64,000 nt of DNA from the NCBI RefSeq assembly GCF_006345805.1, contig NC_042998.1, positions 141,050,001-141,114,000 on the forward strand. The letters run 5' to 3'. Of this stretch, positions 54,893-64,000 are shown one piece after another. A program made the translations under genes and the position numbers. The notes below the pieces were generated by a model, which saw only the letters and a program-made list of their open reading frames with translations, ran no database searches and was not told where the DNA came from. This stretch comes from Octopus sinensis. Taxonomy: Eukaryota. The stretch's first letter is position 1; the number at the start of each line of letters is the position of its first letter.

Positions 54893-54896
<4 letters not shown>
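52706..54896 (+). mobile_element. Young 5'-truncated Penelope-like element with inverted pseudo-LTR
   Basis: Arms 52706-53526 and 54070-54896 are ~98% identical inverted copies flanking a 543-bp spacer that encodes a GIY-YIG domain. Confidence 0.9.
53527..53918 (+). CDS. GIY-YIG endonuclease domain of PLE (5'-truncated, uninterrupted)
   Basis: CGIC..FTCASENLVYVLTCSGCNEHYIGQTKNSLRQRMTVHRSQI..E..LI..Y.P.LN; Cys-rich linker as in Neptune-type PLEs (inference). Confidence 0.9.
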
Positions 54897-54939
<43 letters not shown>

Positions 54940-55418
54940 ATATATATAGACACACAAACACACAGAGGGTTGGCTAAAAGTCACCCGACAGTAAATCAAA
55001 ATTCCATAAATACTATCATTAATTCTGTATTGACTCGAATGGAAAAATGTGCCACTCAAGAAGGCTTTCAGTTTGAACAATTTTCATGCTGTTTCATATT
55101 TAGATACTTTTATTATATTCATTCAGTTGTTAAACATAAATAAATCTTGAAATTAAATGGTTTTGATTTACTGTCAGGTAACTTTTCACCAACTCGAACT
55201 GGTAGCTTCCACTATTTCTTGCCATGGGTTATCATCGAACATTCTCATTTGAAGCTGCTTTTGAATATTACCTATAACTGTGTTTTCCATTTGAACATGG
55301 ATCTATCTAACGCATTCCTATTCTATTTTGATCCTTCCACCATTCTAGACAAGCTGGAATGCACTAATATCCTCGATTGGGGACTTTCCCTTGTTTTTAC
55401 ATTTTTCTGACTTTTCCC

Positions 55419-55485
55419 ACTCTAATGACGGGATACTCAATATGATGATTCACACACTTGGCTATTCCAGAAACAGCTGTAAGAA
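55419..55485 (+). ncRNA. Hammerhead relic
   Basis: CTAATGA-C-GGGATA..TATTCC-A-GAAAC-AGCT-GTA; stem I mostly lost. Confidence 0.35.
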
Positions 55486-56027
55486 ACTGTTGTATATCTA
55501 TATCCTCTATCTAATTGAATGTCATTTTCAAGATATGCCAAACGCTTTGGTTTTTCATTCTTACTTTAACCTATATCTACCAGCTCCAGGAAAAACCACC
55601 TGTAACCTCTTCTGAGAGGCAGTCTCAACATCACACATTCAATTGTAGTTCAGACCGGAGTTTTAGAGGTAAACCAAGCTGAGCACTCATAGTACATACC
55701 TATTACTTTAAATCAGTTGACGAATACTCCCTACATATTCTATATAATATATATTAATTAATAAGGGTGAGAGAATTAGATACTAATTTAATAGTATACC
55801 TATTCAACACCAAGTGGCCCAGTGCCCCGAGAAACCTGGATTATTATAATATTTTATAACATATTATAATATTTTATACAAAAATAAATATAAGAGAGAG
55901 GTCACTATGTGGCTCACTCTAGCACTAGTAAATCCAAAAGGTTTCAACCACAAAAATACATGTTTCCATGAAAGTCAGTACGATTGTTAGCTCACACGAA
56001 CAGGGCAAATAAAAAATAACAAAAATA

Positions 56028-56122
56028 CAGATTATTTTGGGACAATTGTTTCGCTATTAATGAATTAAATGTAATTTTACTCACAAAAAACTCACTTGTA
56101 GCTCCTCAGCCAAAACTATCTG
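56028..56122 (-). ncRNA. Canonical type I hammerhead ribozyme, copy 1
   Basis: CAGATAGTTTTGG-CTGAGGA-GCTA..(42 nt)..TAGC-GAAAC-AATT-GTC-CCAAAATAATCTG; predicted cut between 56041 and 56040. Confidence 0.92.
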
Positions 56123-56562
56123 GATGAAATCCACTCAATCACACGCCAGATTTTACCATAACGATAAATACACGTGTGGTTCAATTGATTACATCCGACG
56201 TTATAATTCAAATGCCCCTACCAACAGCGCGCCAAACTTTCACGGAAACAAATACAACATTTAGAAATAAATGTAGCATAATTATAATTAATTAATAAGG
56301 GTGAGAGAATTAGATACTAATTTAATAGTATACCTATTCAACACCAAGTGGCCCAGTGCCCCGAGAAACCTGGATTATTATAATATTTTATAACATATTA
56401 TAATATTTTATACAAAAATAAATATAACAGAGTGGTCACTATGTGGCTCACTCTAGCACTAGTAAATCCAAAAGGTTTCAACCACAAAAATACATGTTTC
56501 CCATGAAAGTCCGTACGATTGTTAGCTCACACGAACAGGGCAAATAAAAAATAACAAAAATA

Positions 56563-56657
56563 CAGATTATTTTGGGACAATTGTTTCGCTATTAATGAAT
56601 TAAATGTAATTTTACTCACAAAAAACTCACTTGTAGCTCCTCAGCCAAAACTATCTG
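56563..56657 (-). ncRNA. Canonical type I hammerhead ribozyme, copy 2
   Basis: Identical to copy 1; predicted cut between 56576 and 56575. Confidence 0.92.
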
Positions 56658-56902
56658 GATGAAATCCACTCAATCACACGCCAGATTTTACCATAACGAT
56701 AAATACACGTGTGGTTCAATTGATTATATCCGACGTTATAATTCAAATGCCCCTACCAACAGCGCGCCAAACTTTCACGGAAACAAATACTACATTTAGA
56801 AATAAATGTAGCATAATTATAATTAATTAATAAGGGTGAGAGAATTAGATACTAATTAATTTCTATATAATATATATATATTTTATATATATATAATATA
56901 TA

Positions 56903-57002
<100 letters not shown>

Positions 57003-57849
57003 TGTATGTATGTATGAAAGTTAGACAGAGAAGAGAAAAGTAGACGAAAACCGGGTGAAAACAGAGCGCATAGAAAAGAGAGACAAAAACACGATACAAG
57101 GAACATTCGCAGCTGACTTTCTCATCAGTTGGTATCCAAGACGTCATAGTGGTTTCACGCTATTAAAACCAAGACCACTGTTATCTGACAGCAGCGCTTG
57201 CGCATGAATGCGTGTGAGGACAGGACAAAATAATATGGCGTGTAGAATAAGAAATAATGTCTAGATTTAACAGACAATGAATGGTACATACACAATAGAA
57301 AATGCCTTACGGTTGTACAATAGACAAGAGGGAATAATTGTTTGTATTCAGTATTAAAACGATACAATACACACACACACACACAAAAAAAAAAACCTTT
57401 TCGGCTATCAAGACAGACATAGTGAGGTAGCGCAAAGAAATGGAAAAAGTCCTTGGCGGACGGAACACAAACGTGTCTGGCTGGGTCAGTAAAAAAGAAC
57501 GACACACTTTGACTGGACACCGGTCACATGGTAGGAGAGAGGAAGAGTGGTGGAGGGACTAAGGGATGGGAGAAAGAAAGAGAGATACATAAGAGTAAGA
57601 AAGAGGAAAGGAGAGAGGACAAGGTCCAAGGGAGGCAATTAAGGAGGAGAGGGAAGAAAAGAAAAAATTCAGGGAATATTTTTTACAGTTAACTAAACAA
57701 AGCAAGTGTGGTTGCGCTGCAAACAATATTTCAAAAGTTTGACAGAGTAGGGAAAAATAGACGAAAACTGGGCGAAAACAGTGAAGTACTGGAGTACGTA
57801 GTAGGCGGTCAGAGATAGTCGTGTCTTTACTGGTTTTACTAAGTATACT

Positions 57850-58745
57850 GTATAACAAAGTGGGCGTTATAAAAATTCAACATTTTAAGGATTATAACAG
57901 TGACAACGAGGATTTAAACAACACACGATGAATTAATAAAACCACCCTCCTCAACTGTAATAATTTTTTTACGTGAATTGTTTGCAAGATTTGGCATCCC
58001 AGACAAGATAGTGCCTGACAATGGAACGCAATTTGCGTCTAGCGAATTTTAAACATTTTGTGAACATATTACTACGCAGTAGAATATATTACTACGGTGC
58101 CTTACCATCCAAGATCTAATGGTAGAATGCTTTGTCGATACCTTCAAAAGAGCCCTTAGAAAATCGAATAAGGAAGTCACGGATCAGGTAGCTCTACAAC
58201 AATTTTAAGAGTGGACCGTGTGACACCAAATCCGAATACACTAGCAGGTATATCACCAGCGGAGCTGATGTTTGCAAGGAAAGTAAAATCAGTCTTTGAT
58301 AAATTGCTACCTGGCAAGAAAAGAAAAAGTGCCAGGGAAGACATAGCAAGATTCTTTAAAGTTGGTGAAAAGGTGTATACGAGGGTATACAAGAATGGAA
58401 AGCAGGGAAGATGGCATAATTATTAAATGCATAGGTAAAATGATGTATTGGATAAAAAGTTGAAAAGACATACAAAAGAAACGCACAAAACAACTAAAAA
58501 AGAGATTCGTGGAAAGCGAACCAAAGAAGTTGGAGGAACCGATGGATTGGTTGTACGATGCGTTCCAAGTACCAACACCACTGCAGGTGACTGAAAACAG
58601 ACGTACAATTAGAGGAAAAGAAAATAGATGCCAAGCGAAAAAATACGAAATTGTACGTGGGGCCAAATTGGGTAAACCGATCGATAACGAACCTATAAAG
58701 ACTACTGGAAACAGCTGTAAGTCAAATTTACTATAATAAAGTAAT
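57850..58745 (+). pseudogene. Gypsy/Ty3 integrase remnant
   Basis: FARFGIPDKIVPDNGTQFAS..F; ECFVDTFKRAL; RVTPNPNTLAGISPAELMFARKVKSVFDKLLP; stops and frameshifts. Confidence 0.85.
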
Positions 58746-59294
58746 ATGTAATGGCCATCAATTATGCCTTGTCTGATATATATATATATATACATACACA
58801 CACACATATAAACACACATACATACATACATAATGCATACATACATAAATATATACATACATATATACATATATAAATACATACATACATACGTATATAC
58901 ATACATACATATATACACATACATATAAAGTTTCATACGCTAATAGTTTTGTGAGAAAAATGGACGATAAAGGAGAACTCAACCAAGCATTCATTCTTAT
59001 TCAATATTTCAATAATATAAAACACACACGATTCTGTTCCCTCTTTTTATTTCTTTATCTTTTTATCTCTTTCATTTGTTTATTTATTTATTTTGTTTGG
59101 TACTTTACGGGTTTCTCTTCTGGAATATTCTTTGAAATGCTTCACTAGCTTTCATACCTGGTAGCTATTTTGTAACATCCTACATTTCCTCACATTGCAA
59201 TGCAAAATTGGTAAGAGTAAAAGAAAGCCGAATCAAGATGGGTTTAGCGGATCCTTTTCTCCTCCTCGTCGTCCTCTTCCTTCTCCGCTTCTTT

Positions 59295-59342
<48 letters not shown>

Positions 59343-59989
59343 GCTACTACAGTTATGTTCAACATTATCATCATCATCATTACCACCATCATCGTCATCA
59401 GGGCTATTAACATTATTGTCAGTATTATTCACCTCCTCTTCCTCTTCCTCATCATCATCATCTCCCTGCCTTTCTTCTTCTTCTTCTTCTTCTTCTTCTT
59501 CTTCTTCTTCTTCTTCTTCTTCTTCTTCTTCTTCTTCTTCTTCTTCTTCTCTCACTCCTTTTTCTACTCCTTTCCTCCCTATTGTTGTTACTGCTGTTGT
59601 TGTTGTTGTTGTTGTTGTTGATTGACTGAATAGTTAGATTGCCTCCACCCTCCACTCCCCCTAAGAGAAACAAAAGAAAAAAATGTTTTGCAATATTTCT
59701 TTTGACTCTACTTTCTGAGTTCAAACCTCGCCAAGGTCAACATCAACTTCCATCTTTTCGGGGTTGGTAAAATAACCTACCAGTAAAGTACAGGGGTCGA
59801 TGCTATCGACTAATCCCTTCTCCTAGTGTCCTTATAATGTCTCCCTCAGTAATGCACCTGAGGACGAGTCGTCAATATTGTGCCTTACTTCTGTGTATAT
59901 ATATATTTCAGGAGATACTACTACTACTACTACTACTACTATACTACTACTACTACTACTACTCCCACCACCACCACCAGCAACCCATC

Positions 59990-60780
59990 GTCACATCCAC
60001 CCCATTCCTACTGTTCCGATGACAATATGTATAACTGTTATGTTCGACTCGCGTAGCCGCCACATCTTAGCGATCTCAGTTATCAGGTCTCCATATTTAT
60101 CAACTTTTTCTCTTCCTTTCATGATGATGTGTTGATTTCCTGGTACTGCTACGTCGATTATTAGGCACTCTTGTTTGTCCCTCCTAAAGGTTACTATATC
60201 TGGCCTTCGGTGCTCTAACACTCTGTCTGTATGAAAAGTCCCAGAGGATTTTTGCCTTCGCCTTTTCGTCCATTACCTTTTCCGGTGTATGTTGGTACCA
60301 AGCGTCCGTAACCTCATATCCATACTTACGGCATAGTAGCCAGTGGAGGTTTTGGGCTACCTTGTCGTGTCTACGCTTGTACTCTTTCTGCGCAAGACTT
60401 TCACAAGCTCTAACAATGTAAGTCACGCTTTCGACCCTCTTCCCACACATTCTGCAGAGGTCCGTTTCACTTGTGTGGTATATATTCTTTTACACTGAGT
60501 TGGTAATCAATGCCTGATCCTGGGCCGCGATGATTAGGCTTTCAGTATTCTTTTTTAGGTTACCCTTGTTAAGCCACCTCCATGGTGCTTCCTGGTCTTT
60601 TAATTTGTTGGTTTCACGGTGGAACTGACCATGTAATTTCATACGGAGTAGGGTTTCTTCTCTTTCGTTGGTTGTTCTTGATCGAAATTCATGAGCACTC
60701 AAAAGTCCATTTTTGCTAACTCCTTCTGCACTAGCAGCATGCTGTAGCAGTTCTTGTTTGCTATTCACCAAATATTCTTC
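59990..60780 (-). mobile_element. R4/Dong-type LINE fragment
   Basis: TESLIIAAQDQAL, CGKRVESVTYIV..RRHDKVA, RPDIV..CLIIDVAVP. Confidence 0.9.
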
Positions 60781-60794
60781 TTATTATTATTATG

Positions 60795-61260
60795 ATCTTC
60801 TTCCAATTTTGTTTCCATTTCTTGCCGATTGTCTTCCCAACACCTAGGGCAAAGAAACCCATTGTATACATTGGTAAGCCATCAAAATAAACACATCAGA
60901 TTGTTCACTTACAAAGTCATGTGATAGAAAAAAGAGAAGATAAAGAGGAAAAGGAAAGAAAGAAAAAAGAAACCAAAGAAAATAAAGGGAGAAAAACGAA
61001 AGAAAATTCACAGCGACAATGCTCTTCTCAATACGTGTGACGTACCAGTTATACAATCTTTTTCACTTCCTGAATGGATGGTAAGCCAGGGATCATCCTC
61101 AAATAATTTTCAGTTCTCTTTTTTATCATTCCAAGTGCTCCTACAATCACCAGTATTGTAACCGTCTTGAGATGCCACATTTTAATCGATTTCAGTCAGC
61201 AAATATTTTCTGAGTTTATCAAATTCTTTTGCGGAGATATTATTATCAAAAGGTATATTA
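60795..61260 (-). mobile_element. R4/Dong-type LINE 3' end
   Basis: 3' UTR motif ACACCTAGGGCA..CATTGTAT shared with 30899-30928; abuts a (TTA)n tract at 60781-60792. Confidence 0.75.
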
Positions 61261-61319
61261 TTATAATATATCATTGAGAAAATGGCTAAAGAACCTGGGT
61301 GGGTCCCTGATCAGTTTAG

Positions 61320-62940
61320 ATCAGTGTAAAGTTTTCGATGGGGTCGACCATCTATAACTGGCGGCGGTCCTCATGGCAGCTGGTTTCGGGCCTGTATTCA
61401 GGGGCTGGATCGCTGCAATGTACAGCGGCATCTGTTCAGTGGCTAGAATGAACGGTCACCTCTCAGAGCCGTTCATCATCATGCACTCTGTCCGGCAGGG
61501 TTGTCCCCTCTCGTTTCTCTTGTATGTACTGACTCTCGAGTCATTAATACACAAACTGGAGGTGTATAGAGGCATTCCGCGTGAGCTAGGATGTGGGAGA
61601 TACGTGCCGGCATATGCCGACGACGTTACCGTAGTGATGTCGGATCATAAACACATAGAAGTGATCGGCACCGCTTTCAGGGACTACGAGGTGGTTTCAG
61701 GAGCAACAGTTAACTAGGAAAAATCAGTGGGCTTGTGGCTCGGCACCTGGAGAAGTAAGTCCATGCCGTCCAACTGCGTCGCTTGGCGCGCTGGACGGAC
61801 GGACAGGTTAAATTGCTCGGTGTCTGGTTCGGTCCGGCCTTCCAGATGGACAAAAACTGGGACGAGAGAAAGCTATCCCTGAAAGGTCGGGCAGAGGTGG
61901 CTAACGCATATAGCACGTCCGTCATCTACTATCGCTTGACCGTCGTGCCTTGTCCTGGCCATCGTCTGATTACGCTGGAGCGAATACTGTTCCACTTCTT
62001 GTGGAAGGGATGCATCCCGATGGTCAAGCGGTCTATCTCATGTCAGCACCCGCTGAGTGGAGGCCTGGGCATGCCGGGATTGGTGATGCGCAGATATACG
62101 CTGAGGCTACGACATCTCCAGTGCTTCCTTGTTGGTGAACAGATGTGGTCGCCGTTCGCCATACACATATTTTCGCAGCTAGTTTCTTTAACGGAGCTGC
62201 AGTCCTGTGTAAAACGGAGACCGCGCGGAAGCATCTGGAAAGTGGAATGTTTTTAAGCACTCACAGCCCTCATCCAAGCGGACACTGCGATAGGTGGAAC
62301 GTTTACTTTAGCTTTTTATAGAGGATTAGTGGAGGAAAAGTGCAACGACGTTCTTGGGGAGACCTTCGTCGTCGAAGAAAATCAACTAGCCGCTCTTTTC
62401 CGGAGAATTTTCGGGCCGGGACCGATGGATAATTTCCAAAGATCTCTAGCTTGGCAGTGCTACTGGGGAGCTTTGCCTGTTCGAAATAAACTTTACAGGC
62501 ATGAAAGTGCCATCAGCCGAGCATGTCCGAAATGCACGCAGGACGACGAAACGGACCTGCATGTACTCGTCCAGCATCCGAGCATTGCTGACCAGTGGGT
62601 TTATGTCGAACACTTGCTGTTTCATATAGGACGGATCCGGCTGTCAACTGAATCCATCGTGAAGATCGCACCGCCGCCTTCCTTTAACCAGGAAGGAAAG
62701 GCTGTGTTTATATGCCTGGTTGCCATGGCGAAAGAGATTGTATGGTGGACGAGATTGAAGGGGCTGAAGACAGACACCTTTCTCGTTGGCCAATCCCTGA
62801 TGAACTTCATCAAGTTTCACTTGAAAAGAAAAATAAGGGTAGAGACGGAAGTGTTATCTTCTAGCCAGTTTACTGAAAGGTGGATGAAAGTGGTGAGAAT
62901 GATGCGAATGAACGAGCCTGCCCTGAGCATACGCCTGTAG
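61320..62940 (+). pseudogene. Tx1/L1-clade LINE ORF2 3' part (RT + zinc finger)
   Basis: VRQGCPLSFLLYVL, AYADDVTV, KLLGVWF, GGLGMP, CPKC..ETDLHVL; several stops and frameshifts. Confidence 0.92.
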
Positions 62941-64000
62941 TTGGGAAAAAGGAAAGGAAAAAAGGGTGTTTGGCCCTTGTTGGAGTTTCTCCTGTATTAG
63001 GAGGGCTGCATCCTTCATGTTATCACATACTTTTATCGCATTTCACCGTCTTTTCCAATTTTCCCTAATCTTTTATGTACCCCACCAAAACAAATTGTCG
63101 ATTGCTCTTGTGATGTTCCCCTCGTTTATGCCCGTGTGACTAACAAAAGAAATCATAATAATGATGATCATCATCATCATTATCATCATCGTCATCGTCG
63201 TCATCATCAACATCGTTGTCCTTGTTGTTGTTGTTATTATTGTCGTTGTCGATGCTTTCTTGTTTTGAGGGGAGTGGACGTCTTTCAATCGCTATGTTTA
63301 TAATTAAAGGAAAAATTGTGTATTTATTTACTAGCTTCGTTTTCCTGCTTACCTTCTCACAGCAGGAAGGTATTACTTTTGGACGGTTTTACATGTTTTA
63401 TTTTTCAAACTTTCATTTTATTTATCATCTTTTCATAACATGATGGCTTCTTCGTCTGGAGTAACAGTAAGAGTTGCAACTGGTAAAGATGGTAGCAGCT
63501 TACCCAGTAAAAATGGTAGCAGCTTACACGCCCTCAATATTATCGAACAAAACAAATCGCTGAAAATAATGAAAATAAACACAAAATGGCTAAGGAATAA
63601 AAAGGACAAACCGAGGAAAAAATGATGACATTTAAAGCAACAAATGGAATTACAAACACAGACGCAAACATTAAAGCTTTGGAAAATACGCTGAAAATAC
63701 AAACGAATACACTAGCAGCGTAAACACTAGACGTTGGCAACAGCACCACCATCATGCATATACACGAAATAATTCACAATGCAACTAATAGCAAATAGAG
63801 ATGTGAATGTCTTCAGACAAAAATAAGCTTGCACATGAAACAGTTCTCTTGAAATAAAGGATGGTGAGAAGAAGTATGTCACGAAAAATTGTACCTCCTT
63901 ATCTGAAACGACTAGGAGAAAAGGGATATATCCCGTCTGTTGTTTTAACTTCAAAGCACCAATTAAAGGGAGCCCCCAGCTGATGCGTGGGTCGATGTAG

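Larger units (their letters stand above)
55753..56860 (-). mobile_element. Tandem dimer (2 x 534/535 bp + ~36-bp tail) of a hammerhead-containing non-coding retroelement (retrozyme/PLE-LTR-like)
   Basis: Unit starts ATTAATTAATAAGGGTGAGAG at 55753, 56287 and 56822; about 6 differences between copies; flanked by TTCTATATAATATAT at 55738-55752 and 56861-56875. Confidence 0.88.

Noticed and set aside
63440-63950. Protein-like sequence with a 21-bp internal repeat
   Set aside because: Multiple stops; probably a decayed retroelement that I cannot classify.

Overview
AT-rich, microsatellite-saturated animal genomic DNA, most likely a coleoid cephalopod (Octopus-like; inferred from the repeat families, not proven). 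There is no intact long gene. Nearly all ORFs in the supplied track are translations of simple repeats. The window is a transposon graveyard: tRNA-derived SINEs, R4/Dong-type and Tx1/L1-type LINE fragments, RTE remnants, one full-length decayed mariner, piggyBac and Gypsy remnants, MITEs, Helitron ends and several Penelope-like elements (PLEs). A few short minus-strand exon candidates of an unidentified host gene are possible. The most striking signal is RNA-structural. At 55753-56860 a non-coding ~535-bp unit occurs as a ~99% identical tandem dimer flanked by a 15-bp direct repeat. Each unit carries a canonical type I hammerhead ribozyme on the minus strand, the architecture expected of a retrozyme/PLE-LTR-derived element that could release a 535-nt (possibly circular) RNA. 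About a dozen further hammerhead-like motifs lie elsewhere in the window, five of them sharing the same unusual C-C-G-A (U4C) core. All coordinates were counted by hand and element boundaries are approximate unless a TSD or TIR is quoted.
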